Shown here one piece after another: positions 53,495 through 63,527 of a stretch of DNA of 64,000 nt; the first letter of the stretch is position 1; each line of letters starts with the position of its first letter. This stretch comes from Candidatus Wildermuthbacteria bacterium. Its GTDB lineage: Bacteria > Patescibacteriota > Minisyncoccia > Minisyncoccales > UBA10102. Below the pieces are notes generated by a model, which saw only the letters and a program-made list of their open reading frames with translations, made no database searches and was not told the origin of the DNA. The stretch lies in the NCBI GenBank assembly GCA_016186115.1, contig JACPMK010000003.1:90470-154469 (forward strand), written 5' to 3'. Both the position numbers and the translations under genes were made by a program.

Positions 53495-54271
53495 ATGAGT
53501 ATGACGAAAAAACCGGTTGTAGGGGCTATTATACAGGCAAGAATGGGTGCAACGCGTTTGCCGGGCAAGGTATTAAAAATTCTTGGAGACAAGCCCGTGC
53601 TTGAGCACGTGATTGAACGGGTTAAACGCGTTCCAAGCTGCGATAAAATTGTACTCGCAACCACCACAGGACAAGATAATGATGCCTTGGAGAAATTGGG
53701 ACGAAATCTCGGCGTTGATGTGTACCGCGGATCCGAAAAGGATGTACTTGATCGCTATTACCAGGCAGCAAAACAATTCAACATTGATATTATTGTTCGT
53801 ATTACCGCCGATTGTCCATGCCTAGATCCTCAAATAGTGCAGGAAACGATTGATCTCTACAGGAAGAGCAATTACGATCATGTAAGCAATGTTCAACCAC
53901 CTTCGTTGCCAGATGGCCTTGACGCAGAAGTATTCAGTTTTCAGGCGCTCGAAAAAGCATGGAGAGAGGCAAGGGATCCTTTAGAGCGAGAGCATGTATC
54001 TTTATATCTGGTGAGACATCCGGAATTATTTTCTCATGGAAATTACGTATACCCCCAAGATTTTTCTCACTTACGACTTACGCTCGATGAAGAAGCAGAT
54101 TACCTGCTTTTGCAGGAGGTTTTCAGAGAGCTTTATCCCAGCAATCCGTGGTTTGGACTGCAGGAGATTGCACAATTGTTTACAAGACGGCCAGAACTTA
54201 TAAATATCAATCAGCACGTTGTGCCTCATCCTGTGAGTCGTTGGCAAAAGGGTCAAACAAAGTCAGAATAA
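53495..54271 (+). CDS. SpsF-type cytidylyltransferase (CTP_transf_3 family)
   Basis: 258 aa with GAIIQARMGATRLPGKVL and VRITADCPCLDP. Confidence 0.8.
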   Translation: MSMTKKPVVGAIIQARMGATRLPGKVLKILGDKPVLEHVIERVKRVPSCDKIVLATTTGQDNDALEKLGRNLGVDVYRGSEKDVLDRYYQAAKQFNIDIIVRITADCPCLDPQIVQETIDLYRKSNYDHVSNVQPPSLPDGLDAEVFSFQALEKAWREARDPLEREHVSLYLVRHPELFSHGNYVYPQDFSHLRLTLDEEADYLLLQEVFRELYPSNPWFGLQEIAQLFTRRPELININQHVVPHPVSRWQKGQTKSE

Positions 54272-54288
54272 TTTATTAAACCCATTGT

Positions 54289-55608
54289 ATGACGCAAAGA
54301 TCAGTAAAAAGTATCGAGCTATGGGATAAGGGCAAGAAGATTCTTCCCGGAGGAAGTCAGCTTTTGTCAAAAAGATCAGAGCTTTTTGCTCCCAATCAAT
54401 GGCCTTCTTACTACAAAAAAGCAAGAGGCATTGAGGTTGAAGATCTAGACGGTAATACTTATATTGATATGTACGGTATGGGTATCGGGAGTTGCATTTT
54501 AGGGTATGCAGACGATGAAGTGAACGAGGCAGTAAAAAAGGCAGTAGATTCTGGTTCCATGTGTTTGCTCAATGCGCCCGAGGAGGTAGAGCTTGCCGAA
54601 CTCTTTTGCCAGATTCATCCGTGGGCGAAGATGGTGCGTTATACAAGAGGAGGCGGAGAGGCAATGGCGGTGGCGGTGAGAATTGCCCGGGCATATTCTG
54701 GCAAAGAGAAAGTGGCGTTTTGCGGGTATCACGGTTGGCATGACTGGTATATTTCTTCAAATCTTGCGGACGATAAGAATCTCGATGGACATCTGATCCC
54801 GGGGTTGGAACCGCGGGGTATCCCTCGTGGATTGCAGGGAACTGCACTTCCTTTTCAGTACAATCATATTGAGGAATTAGAAAAAATTGTTGCGGAGAAC
54901 GAAATTGGTGTTATCGTTGTAGAAACATTTCGGTTTCAAGAGCCGGAAGACAATTTTTTGGGAAAAATCAGGGCAATTGCAGATAGAATCGGCGCAGTAT
55001 TAATTTTTGACGAGATAACCGCAGGATGGCGGTTCGTTCTCGGGGGAGTTCACCTGAAATACGGAGTAAATCCTGATATTGCCGTCTTTGCAAAAGGAAC
55101 GAGCAATGGATTTGCGATGGCAGTGGTTATTGGGAAAGAGGAGGTTATGCAAGCGGCCCAAGCAACCTTTATCAGTAGCAGTTATTGGACAGAACGCATC
55201 GGCCCTGTTGCTGCGCTTGCAACCATTCGGAAAATGATAAGAGAAAATATCCCTCAATATTTAGAGCGCATCGGAACTTTATTCGTACATACCGTAAAGG
55301 AAGCAGCAACGAAATATGGTCTGGAAGTCCATGCGGGGGGGTTGCCGGGGCTCCTGCACTTTTCGTTTGAGTATGGAGAAAAAAGTCAGGCAATCAGGAC
55401 TCTTTTTACTCAAGAGATGCTACGGCGGGGAATCCTTGCCTCGGGGGGGTTATATACTTCTTTCGCCCATAAGGAAGAACATATAGAACGGTATCAGAAA
55501 GCGTTAGATGGGGTATTCCCATTTTTGAAAAGGGCGATTGATTCGAATCAGGTAGAACAAATGCTGGAGGGGCCCGTTGCGCAGCAAGGGTTTAAACGGT
55601 TGACGTAG
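54289..55608 (+). CDS. Class III aminotransferase (glutamate-1-semialdehyde aminomutase-like)
   Basis: 439 aa with FCGYHGWHDW, LIFDEITAGWRF and the PLP lysine context DIAVFAKGTSNG. Confidence 0.8.
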   Translation: MTQRSVKSIELWDKGKKILPGGSQLLSKRSELFAPNQWPSYYKKARGIEVEDLDGNTYIDMYGMGIGSCILGYADDEVNEAVKKAVDSGSMCLLNAPEEVELAELFCQIHPWAKMVRYTRGGGEAMAVAVRIARAYSGKEKVAFCGYHGWHDWYISSNLADDKNLDGHLIPGLEPRGIPRGLQGTALPFQYNHIEELEKIVAENEIGVIVVETFRFQEPEDNFLGKIRAIADRIGAVLIFDEITAGWRFVLGGVHLKYGVNPDIAVFAKGTSNGFAMAVVIGKEEVMQAAQATFISSSYWTERIGPVAALATIRKMIRENIPQYLERIGTLFVHTVKEAATKYGLEVHAGGLPGLLHFSFEYGEKSQAIRTLFTQEMLRRGILASGGLYTSFAHKEEHIERYQKALDGVFPFLKRAIDSNQVEQMLEGPVAQQGFKRLT

Positions 55609-55622
55609 ATTAACGAAAGGGC

Positions 55623-56237
55623 ATGTCGGTTGTTGTCATCGATTACGGCATGGGGAACGTTGCCTCCGTGAAGAACGCAGTGGATGCGCTTGGGTACGAT
55701 GCAGTGATTTCCCGAAAAAAAGAGGACATTGAAAATGCAAGCCATATCATATTACCCGGCGTGGGAGCATTTGGAAACGGAATACATAATCTTATCGATT
55801 TTGGCCTCGCAGATCTTTTAGGAAAGGAAATATTGCAGAAAGGTAAACCATTCCTTGGCTTATGTCTAGGGTTGCAACTCTTGGCTGACACAGGTCAGGA
55901 AGGTGGAGCATATAAGGGTCTGGGGTGGATACGCGGGTACGTACGGAGGTTTCAGGTTAATGAGAGTAAGGTAAAAGTTCCTCATGTGGGCTGGGATGAT
56001 ATTATCATAAAAAGGCAGTCGGTATTGTTTCAAAATATCAGGAAGCCGATTTTCTATTTTGTCCACAGCTATCACCTTATTCCCGAGGATGAGTCGATTG
56101 TTATTGCAAAAACAGAATATGGCGAGACATTTGTTGCTGCGATAGAAAAAGAAAATATTTTTGGATTGCAGTTTCACCCAGAAAAAAGTCAACGAGAGGG
56201 TCTTCGATTGCTCAAAAACTTTCTTCAAATACGCTAG
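55623..56237 (+). CDS. HisH-like glutamine amidotransferase (WbuY-type)
   Basis: 204 aa with VVVIDYGMGNVASV, the catalytic Cys in GLCLGLQLL, and QFHPEKS. Confidence 0.85.
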   Translation: MSVVVIDYGMGNVASVKNAVDALGYDAVISRKKEDIENASHIILPGVGAFGNGIHNLIDFGLADLLGKEILQKGKPFLGLCLGLQLLADTGQEGGAYKGLGWIRGYVRRFQVNESKVKVPHVGWDDIIIKRQSVLFQNIRKPIFYFVHSYHLIPEDESIVIAKTEYGETFVAAIEKENIFGLQFHPEKSQREGLRLLKNFLQIR

Positions 56238-56256
56238 CGAACATATTCATCATTCT

Positions 56257-57432
56257 ATGGCACAGGATTTCTCCTCTACATATATTCTTAATGATCTCCG
56301 ACGTTGTACGCGTTGCACGATTCCTGAAACTCATGAGACGGTGGTGTTTGATGAACAAGGCGTGTGCAATATTTGCAAGAACATCGAATACAAGCACACG
56401 CAAGTTGATTGGGATGACAGAAAAAAGCAACTCTTGGAGCTTGTGGAGCAATATAGAGGAAAGGGGCCTTATGATTGCATCGTTCCTTTTAGCGGCGGGA
56501 AAGACAGCACTTTTACGCTTTGGTATATTATGAGAGAATTGGGATTAAAACCCTTGGTAGTGAGTTTTGATCATAGTTTTTATCGGCCGAAGACAATAGA
56601 GAATAATGAACGCACCCAGCGCAAGTTGGGAATTGACTTTTTGAAGTTTCGTTCCGATTGGAAGATTGTCCGGAAGCTCATGCTCGAATCACTCAAGCGC
56701 AAGGGAGATTTCGATTGGCATGCGCACGTGGGATGTTTTGTCTATCCCATGCAGATTGCCGTTAAGTTTCGTATCCCCCTTCTTTTTTGGGGTGAATCGA
56801 GTGCGGAATATACGGCATATTATAATTATGCGGAAATTGAAGAGGTTGATGAACGAAGACATCACCGCATTAATGATTTGGGGATTAGCGCTGAAGATAT
56901 GGTCGGGTTTCTAGGAGGAGCAGTAACGATGCGCGATATGGAACCCTATATCTATCCTTCATCGCAAGAGCTGCGCCAATTGGGAGTTCGTTCTGTTTGT
57001 CTTGGTTCATATATTCCATGGGATGTAAAAAAACATTATGAAATTATTCATCGGGAGCTAGACTGGCAGGGGGATCAGGTTGAAGGAGTTCCTCCGCAAT
57101 ATCCTTATGAGAAAGTTGAATATCAACTTCAAGGGCCTCGTGATTATCTCAAATTTATTAAACGCGGATATGCCCGTACGACCCATTTAACAAGCATCGA
57201 TATCCGAAACGGTAGGAGGACAAGAGATGAGGCAAAGGAATTAATTGAGAAATATGAAGGCAAAAGGCCAGCAAGTTTGGATTACCTTCTCCCAATTTTA
57301 GGTATTTCCGAAAAAGAGTGGAGGGAGATTGCGCTTGCTCAAGCAATTCCTCCCTATCAACACGATTTTTCCAGAGAACAAAATGATGAGCCGCTATGGG
57401 ATATGAAATTGTGGGAATGGAATCCCCAATAG
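56257..57432 (+). CDS. N-acetyl sugar amidotransferase (PP-loop ATP pyrophosphatase, WbuX-type)
   Basis: The ORF runs 56161-57432 and the likely start is the ATG at 56257. It has the zinc ribbon CTRCTIPETHE..GVCNIC and the PP-loop VPFSGGKDST. Confidence 0.8.
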   Translation: MAQDFSSTYILNDLRRCTRCTIPETHETVVFDEQGVCNICKNIEYKHTQVDWDDRKKQLLELVEQYRGKGPYDCIVPFSGGKDSTFTLWYIMRELGLKPLVVSFDHSFYRPKTIENNERTQRKLGIDFLKFRSDWKIVRKLMLESLKRKGDFDWHAHVGCFVYPMQIAVKFRIPLLFWGESSAEYTAYYNYAEIEEVDERRHHRINDLGISAEDMVGFLGGAVTMRDMEPYIYPSSQELRQLGVRSVCLGSYIPWDVKKHYEIIHRELDWQGDQVEGVPPQYPYEKVEYQLQGPRDYLKFIKRGYARTTHLTSIDIRNGRRTRDEAKELIEKYEGKRPASLDYLLPILGISEKEWREIALAQAIPPYQHDFSREQNDEPLWDMKLWEWNPQ

Positions 57433-57433
57433 C

Positions 57434-58201
57434 ATGGTAAAGGTAAGAGTTATTCCTGTATTGCTTTTGAAAAATGGAAGAATGGTAAAGCCGATAAAGT
57501 TTGGCGAGGGTGGCGAGAGAGATGTTGGTTGGCCTATAACGACAGCTCGGATTTATGACTCCCAAGATCCAGATGAACTTGTTTTCCTCGATATCACGGC
57601 TACTGGCGAGGGGCGGCAATTTCTTTTTGATACCTTGCGAGAAGTCGCGGCAAACAGTTTTCTTCCGTTGACTGCGGGCGGAGGAGTCAAAACCATTGAG
57701 GACATAAACGAACTCTTAAAAGCTGGAGCAGATAAGGTATCTATAAATACTGCGGCAGTAGAGCAGCCGCAACTGATTAGAGAGGGCGCAGAAAAGTTCG
57801 GAGTACAATGTATTGTCGTGGCAATTGATGTGAGAGAAACAAAACCAGGATACTACGAGGTGTTTACTCATGGAGGCAAAACGCCGACTGGTCTGGAAGC
57901 AGTTGCATGGGCAAAGGAAGCAGCGCGGCTTGGCGCTGGGGAGATTCTTCTCACCTCAATTGACCGCGAAGGAACAATGCAGGGCTACGATACAAAACTT
58001 ATCCGAATGGTTGCTGATGCTGTTTCTATTCCTGTGATCGCTCATGGAGGCGCTGGAACCAGACAGCATTTTGTGGATGCGGTGAGAGAAGGGCATGCTT
58101 CCGCAGTTGCGGCAGCTTCTGTGTTTCATTTTACCGATTCAAATCTTACCCAGGTAAAATCTTATCTGTTTAACGCAGGAGTGCCTGTCAGGCCGATTTA
58201 A
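57434..58201 (+). CDS. HisF-like cyclase subunit (WbuZ-type)
   Basis: 255 aa with [24 protein letters not shown] and [14 protein letters not shown]. Confidence 0.85.
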   Translation: MVKVRVIPVLLLKNGRMVKPIKFGEGGERDVGWPITTARIYDSQDPDELVFLDITATGEGRQFLFDTLREVAANSFLPLTAGGGVKTIEDINELLKAGADKVSINTAAVEQPQLIREGAEKFGVQCIVVAIDVRETKPGYYEVFTHGGKTPTGLEAVAWAKEAARLGAGEILLTSIDREGTMQGYDTKLIRMVADAVSIPVIAHGGAGTRQHFVDAVREGHASAVAAASVFHFTDSNLTQVKSYLFNAGVPVRPI

Positions 58202-58211
58202 ATGCATCTAT

Positions 58212-58787
58212 ATGGATCAAGGAAATTTCGAGCACGAACTCAAAAAAGAAAATCTGCGAATCGAGGGGGAAAGGATATATTTGCGTCCAGTTGGAGAATT
58301 GGATGCGACTGTAGAATATGTTGGTTGGTTGAATGATCCTGAAGTGAATCAATTTCTTGAAAGCAGATTCACCGTCCACACGAAAGCAAATTTGCAAGAA
58401 TACATCCGAAAACAGTCGGCAGATCCGAACACATTATTTTTGGCTATTGTTCTCAAGGAAACCGGAGAACACATTGGCAATATAAAACTAGGGCCTATGG
58501 ATTGGCATCATGGCATCGGGGATATTGGCATCATGATTGGAGACAAGAAATCTTGGGGCAAAGGATTTGCTACGGAAGCAATCCAGCTCCTTGAGCACTA
58601 TGCATTTGAAGTTCTGCATTTGCATAAGTTGACTGCGAGCGCATATGAGCCAAATAGAGGATCGACAAAGGCCTTTTTAAAGGCGGGTTTCTTTGAGGAA
58701 GGAAAAAGAAGTGAGCATGCGTTGTTTGAGGGAAGCTATATTAATGTGGTGCTTATGGGAAAAATAAACAAAAATGGAAAAAATTGA
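58212..58787 (+). CDS. GNAT acetyltransferase (RimJ/RimL-like)
   Basis: 191 aa with YLRPVGELDA..WLNDPEV and GKGFATEAIQLLEHYAF. Confidence 0.75.
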   Translation: MDQGNFEHELKKENLRIEGERIYLRPVGELDATVEYVGWLNDPEVNQFLESRFTVHTKANLQEYIRKQSADPNTLFLAIVLKETGEHIGNIKLGPMDWHHGIGDIGIMIGDKKSWGKGFATEAIQLLEHYAFEVLHLHKLTASAYEPNRGSTKAFLKAGFFEEGKRSEHALFEGSYINVVLMGKINKNGKN

Positions 58788-59700
58788 ACAAAAATCAAAA
58801 TTAGTGTTAGGAACTGTGCAGCTTGGATTGGCGTATGGAGTAAATAATCAACACGGGAAACCCGCAGAGGAAGAAGCGTTTTCTATTCTCGATACTGCTT
58901 TTGCCGGGGAAATCAATACGTTTGATACGGCTTCTGCCTATGGAGATGCTGAAGAGGTTTTGGGAAGATGGCTCAAGGCAAGATCTCTTGCGGAAAAAGT
59001 GAGAATTATTAGCAAGCTGAAACCTCATATTCTCAACGAATATCCCGATGGGACAAAGGGTTCTGATGTGATAAGAAGCGAAATTGAAAAATCGCTTGAT
59101 CGGCTTGGGATAGGACAGCTAGACGGATATCTATTCCATTCCCCGCATTATATTTATTTGAGCCATTTGGTTGCGGGAATGCGCAAGGCAAAGGAGGAAG
59201 GGTTAACTCGAAACATTGGCGTATCTATTTATGATGAAGACGAGGCATTGCAGGCAGCAGAGCTTGTAGTGGATTACATTCAGATCCCTTATAATGTATT
59301 TGATCAACGACTCGATAAAACCAATTTTTTCGAAATTGCCAAGCGCAATAACGTGACTGTTTTTGCGCGTAGTCCATTTCTGCAGGGCCTTTTGCTTATG
59401 GACGTAAATCGCATTCCTTCGCATCTTGGCCATGCGCGGCAATTTGTATCCGAGTTTGCAGCCGTCAGCAATAAACTCGGAGTATCCCGTGCCGCTCTTT
59501 CTTTGCTCTTTTCTTATAATCATTCCCATCTTGACCACATTGTTTTTGGGGTTGATACAGCTGACCAGCTGAAAGAAGATCTCGCTATTATTTCCAATCC
59601 TCCTGCTATTGCAAGAGAAGCCGTTTCGGACCTTAAGGAGCGATTTCAGAATATCAACAGAAGCATTGTTCTCCCCAGCTTATGGGCAAAAGTGAAATAA
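58774..59700 (+). CDS. Aldo/keto reductase
   Basis: 308 aa with LGTVQLGLAYG, FDTASAYGDAE and IGVSIYD. Confidence 0.8.
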   Translation: MEKIEQKSKLVLGTVQLGLAYGVNNQHGKPAEEEAFSILDTAFAGEINTFDTASAYGDAEEVLGRWLKARSLAEKVRIISKLKPHILNEYPDGTKGSDVIRSEIEKSLDRLGIGQLDGYLFHSPHYIYLSHLVAGMRKAKEEGLTRNIGVSIYDEDEALQAAELVVDYIQIPYNVFDQRLDKTNFFEIAKRNNVTVFARSPFLQGLLLMDVNRIPSHLGHARQFVSEFAAVSNKLGVSRAALSLLFSYNHSHLDHIVFGVDTADQLKEDLAIISNPPAIAREAVSDLKERFQNINRSIVLPSLWAKVK

Positions 59701-59712
59701 ATCCGTTTATGT

Positions 59713-60192
59713 ATGAATGATACCACTATTACTCCGGCTACGTTTTCCGACATCGAATTCTTGTGGTATATTCGGAATCAAAGAGATGCATATGAATTTC
59801 CCAAGCATCCAAATCCAGCAGTAAAATTGGAAGAGCATATCGATTGGATCATACCTGTTCTTTTGCATATCGCTGGGAAAGATCTTTTTGTTGTTCGCTA
59901 TGGAGATGTTCCAGTGGGTCAAGTACGATTTGATTATGAGGAAGATCGCAAAGCATTGATCAGTATCGCTATTGTGAAAGAGTTTCGCGGTAAGGGCATT
60001 GCCTCGATAGCGCTTGAGCAAGCAATTCAATATATTGCAAAAAAGGGGCTTGTTGCGATCTTGGTCGCTGAAATTCATAAAGAGAATGCGGCCTCCATAC
60101 GATTATTCGAAAAGCTGCATTTTGTGTATACAAGTGAAGATCAGACGTATTTTCGATACGAATTGGCATTAGAGAATAATATGATGAGCTGA
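59713..60192 (+). CDS. GNAT acetyltransferase, PseH-like
   Basis: 159 aa with FLWYIRNQRDAYEF and FRGKGIASIALEQAIQY. Confidence 0.65.
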   Translation: MNDTTITPATFSDIEFLWYIRNQRDAYEFPKHPNPAVKLEEHIDWIIPVLLHIAGKDLFVVRYGDVPVGQVRFDYEEDRKALISIAIVKEFRGKGIASIALEQAIQYIAKKGLVAILVAEIHKENAASIRLFEKLHFVYTSEDQTYFRYELALENNMMS

Positions 60193-60221
60193 AGGTAGTC
60201 AAAATACCGAATGATTGAGAT

Positions 60222-60935
60222 ATGACAGCGAGTATTATTATTCCCGTATACAATGCAGAGCATACTCTTCAGGCGGCGCTCGAAAGCGCTTTACGCCAAA
60301 AGTTTCCCGGAACTGAATTTGAAGTGATTGTAGTAAATGATGGTTCTACCGATCATACGGCAGCGATTTTAGAATCTTATAAGCAAGAAATCCGAATTTT
60401 TACCCAGAAGAATAGTGGCGCACTCAAAGCGTCCAATGCCGGATTCCGTGCGGCTCAAGGCAAGTATGTAATAAAACTTGATGCTGATGATAGATTTGAA
60501 CCCCCTCTGCTACAGGAAATGACTGCTGCGAAGGAGCGGCATCCAGATGTTACATTTGTATACTGCGATTACTACGAGAAGAATGTAGCCACTGGCGAGG
60601 TCAAGGTTGTCTCGGCCGAAAATATATTTTCTACTGTTGGGGGAGGAATATTATTCTGCAGAGATGCATTTGCGAGAGAAGGTTTTTTTAGGGAAGATAT
60701 AAAGTTTGCAGAGTATGATTTACTGTTGCGAACGAAAGATAAATGGAAGGGGTGTTATGTCCCAAAACCACTTTTCTGGTATAACCGAAGAATCGGCAGC
60801 TTAACGAGTAGTGCGCAATGGCTCAAAGAAGCTTTTCGGGAATTATATCAGATCCATCCGGATAAACATGCAGAGATTAAGCAAATTCGAGGTTATGAAA
60901 TTACACGCACCAACAACGATTTATTCTCTTCTTGA
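60222..60935 (+). CDS. Family 2 glycosyltransferase
   Basis: 237 aa with SIIIPVYNAE, VIVVNDGSTD and KLDADD. Confidence 0.85.
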   Translation: MTASIIIPVYNAEHTLQAALESALRQKFPGTEFEVIVVNDGSTDHTAAILESYKQEIRIFTQKNSGALKASNAGFRAAQGKYVIKLDADDRFEPPLLQEMTAAKERHPDVTFVYCDYYEKNVATGEVKVVSAENIFSTVGGGILFCRDAFAREGFFREDIKFAEYDLLLRTKDKWKGCYVPKPLFWYNRRIGSLTSSAQWLKEAFRELYQIHPDKHAEIKQIRGYEITRTNNDLFSS

Positions 60936-62409
60936 GAATCAGGCCAAACAAAGGCCTCATCACCTTGCACTTATCGGAGAAAGAGCGTATACATATCGTG
61001 AATTTTTGAACTCTGTTTTGAGTTTTGTATCGGTGCTGCGTTCGAAATATCATGTGAAACCCAAGCAGAGAGTCGGCATTTACCTGCCAAATATCCCGGA
61101 GCACGCAATTGCCCTTTTTGCATTAAACAGAATTGGCGCAATTGCCGTGGTATTAAATATCCGTTTAGACGAGAGCAATCTCCGATTCATTATAGAAGAT
61201 GCGGGAATTTCTTTATTGATTACGCAAAAAGATTCCCAGAATTTTTTTAAGAAGGTATTCCCAGCCGTGCAAACGATAGCCAGAGAAGACGAAATACAGC
61301 CCTCATCAGCGCAAAGTTTTTCTACGATTCTTAAACAGGAATATCAACGACAGATCCCGACAGGCAAAGATGATGTAGCGCTTTTGATGTACACCTCCGG
61401 CACTACAGGCACGCCGAAAGGTGCCATGATGACCAATGCGAATTTGTTATTTAATTGCGCTTCTTCTAAACGTGGGTTTGGTTTAACAAAAAACGATATT
61501 CATTTGATCGTCGTGCCATTGTTTCACGTCACCGGGCTTAACAGTCAGCTTCTCGCTTCCATAGCAATGGGAAGTACGGCTATTCTTTTAAAAAAATACG
61601 ATACCGCCCAAGTAATGCGTTTGCTCAAGAAATATAACGTTACGATATTTATTGCTGTGCCTGCCGTGTTTAATTTATTGATTGCTAAATACAGACGGAT
61701 CCTGACACAACTGGAAGCGCTTCAGAAGATTGGATATGCTGGAGCGCCAATGCCGGTGCGTACGATTTTGACATTCAAAAAATATCTTCCTCGTATTCAA
61801 TGCTATAATTTTTATGGGCTTACCGAGACCTCTTCTATTACCACCGTACTGCCGGATCGCTATGCACTTAAAACTCCGGATTCTGTGGGTATCCCGGCAA
61901 AAGGAGTACAGATAAAGATTGTGGATGAACATGGCAAGGAGGTGGCGATAGGAGAACAAGGAGAGCTATGGATTAAAGGCGGAAATATTGTGAAGGGCTA
62001 TTGGAATAACGTACAAAAGACAAAAGAAACAATAACGAATGGCTGGCTTCACTCGGGAGATATTGCTCGTATCGACCAAAAAAGAAGAGTATTTTTGATG
62101 GGGCGAAAGAAAGAGGTTATAAATCGTGGAGGAGAAAAAATATATCCCATTACTTTGGAAAATAAATTATGTAATCATCCGAAGATTGTAGAGGCTGCGG
62201 TTGTAGGTGTTCCTGACAAAATTTTTGGCGAGGCAGTGAGAGTATACATCGTGAAAAAAGCGAGTGCTCATTTTTCCGAAGAAGAGTTTTTTGATTACTG
62301 TCGAAGCGTTTGTTCGGAGTACGAAATTCCTCGCGATGTCATCTTTATTCCAGAACTTCCTCGAAACGCAAATGGCAAAGTGCAGAAAGATATTTTGCGT
62401 ACTTTATGA
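60895..62409 (+). CDS. AMP-dependent acyl-CoA/acyl-carrier ligase (ANL superfamily)
   Basis: The ORF begins at 60811 and the start is ambiguous (ATG at 60868 or 60895). It has the AMP-binding motif MYTSGTTGTPKG, YGLTETS, and the C-terminal NGKVQK. Confidence 0.85.
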   Translation: MKLHAPTTIYSLLENQAKQRPHHLALIGERAYTYREFLNSVLSFVSVLRSKYHVKPKQRVGIYLPNIPEHAIALFALNRIGAIAVVLNIRLDESNLRFIIEDAGISLLITQKDSQNFFKKVFPAVQTIAREDEIQPSSAQSFSTILKQEYQRQIPTGKDDVALLMYTSGTTGTPKGAMMTNANLLFNCASSKRGFGLTKNDIHLIVVPLFHVTGLNSQLLASIAMGSTAILLKKYDTAQVMRLLKKYNVTIFIAVPAVFNLLIAKYRRILTQLEALQKIGYAGAPMPVRTILTFKKYLPRIQCYNFYGLTETSSITTVLPDRYALKTPDSVGIPAKGVQIKIVDEHGKEVAIGEQGELWIKGGNIVKGYWNNVQKTKETITNGWLHSGDIARIDQKRRVFLMGRKKEVINRGGEKIYPITLENKLCNHPKIVEAAVVGVPDKIFGEAVRVYIVKKASAHFSEEEFFDYCRSVCSEYEIPRDVIFIPELPRNANGKVQKDILRTL

Positions 62410-63527
62410 TACTCCCGCGAACAATTCTTTTTGGGAAAGATGCAATGGATCAATTGTATGCAACGATGTTGCCGCAGATGAAAGGGAAAGGGACAGATGC
62501 CCTTCTGTTTCTGCCTCCCTTTGTGCAGGCACAAAGGATTGACGAGAAAATTACAGATGTACTTCGTGCCATCGGAATGCGAACAGAAATTGTTGCGTAT
62601 GACGAGGGGGAACCAGAAGTTTCATATCTGGATGCCTTGGTTCAACAGCACCAGCATCAAAGTTATGATCTTATCATTGCTATTGGTGGAGGAAGTATCA
62701 TTGATCTTGCGAAAGCATATTCCCTTTGCGTGGAGAATTCCGTTTCTTGTACAGAATTGTTGAGCAAGAATAGCATCAGAGAAAGGAAGAATCATTTTAT
62801 ATGCATTCCCACTACCGCAGGTACGGGATCTGAAGCAACCAGCATTTCTATTATGAAAGAGAATGGCATAAAACGAGCAATCAGTGCCAGTTGTTTCATT
62901 CCAGATACTGTGGTGCTGGATCCAATATTTTTAGCTCAAGCTTCATTCGATGTGAAGTTCTTCCCCTTAGTGGATGCAGCATCTCATGCACTGGAATCGT
63001 TACTTTCAAATCGAAGCAATGAAATAAGCGAATGGTATGCGGTTGATGCGCTTTCTCGTATAATCGAGAATGAGCAATACTATCTTTCAACTCTTCAAGA
63101 TAAGGGAGACGTGGCAAATAAAATTCAAATTGCAGCATTCCATGCAGGAGTGGCTTTTGAAATGACAGGAGTACATGTTATTCATTCTTTTGCTTATGCT
63201 CTCTGTGAGCAGATTCCTTTGCGGCATGGGCATGCCATTAGTATTGCCTTCGGGCCTATCTTGGAGTATCTTTTATCTGCTCGAGGCAAAGAGATTCCGG
63301 CTTTCGCAAGATATGAATATCTTATCAAGCGCGTTGCTGCGTTTCTGGACAAACACGAGGCAGAGATATATGATATACCAGAAAATATAAGAAACATTCA
63401 GTTGCTGGCAGAGCGTGTACTTGGGAATGAACGTTTAATGAAAAACTCTCCTATGAGATTTGAATTACAAGAGATGATCCATATTGCAAAAATGATGTAT
63501 GAACGCATCGCGTCAAAGCAAAAGTAA
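62406..63527 (+). CDS. Iron-containing (group III) alcohol dehydrogenase
   Basis: The likely start is the ATG at 62406 (an ATGA junction). It has IAIGGGSIIDLAKA, PTTAGTGSE and His-rich metal-site contexts (DAASHALES, HSFAY..RHGHA). Confidence 0.8.
   Translation: MILPRTILFGKDAMDQLYATMLPQMKGKGTDALLFLPPFVQAQRIDEKITDVLRAIGMRTEIVAYDEGEPEVSYLDALVQQHQHQSYDLIIAIGGGSIIDLAKAYSLCVENSVSCTELLSKNSIRERKNHFICIPTTAGTGSEATSISIMKENGIKRAISASCFIPDTVVLDPIFLAQASFDVKFFPLVDAASHALESLLSNRSNEISEWYAVDALSRIIENEQYYLSTLQDKGDVANKIQIAAFHAGVAFEMTGVHVIHSFAYALCEQIPLRHGHAISIAFGPILEYLLSARGKEIPAFARYEYLIKRVAAFLDKHEAEIYDIPENIRNIQLLAERVLGNERLMKNSPMRFELQEMIHIAKMMYERIASKQK

Noticed and set aside
55623-58201. Histidine biosynthesis genes hisH/hisF
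   Set aside because: They flank a PP-loop N-acetyl-sugar amidotransferase inside a glycan island, and no other his genes are nearby. The context matches WbuY/WbuZ-type paralogues.
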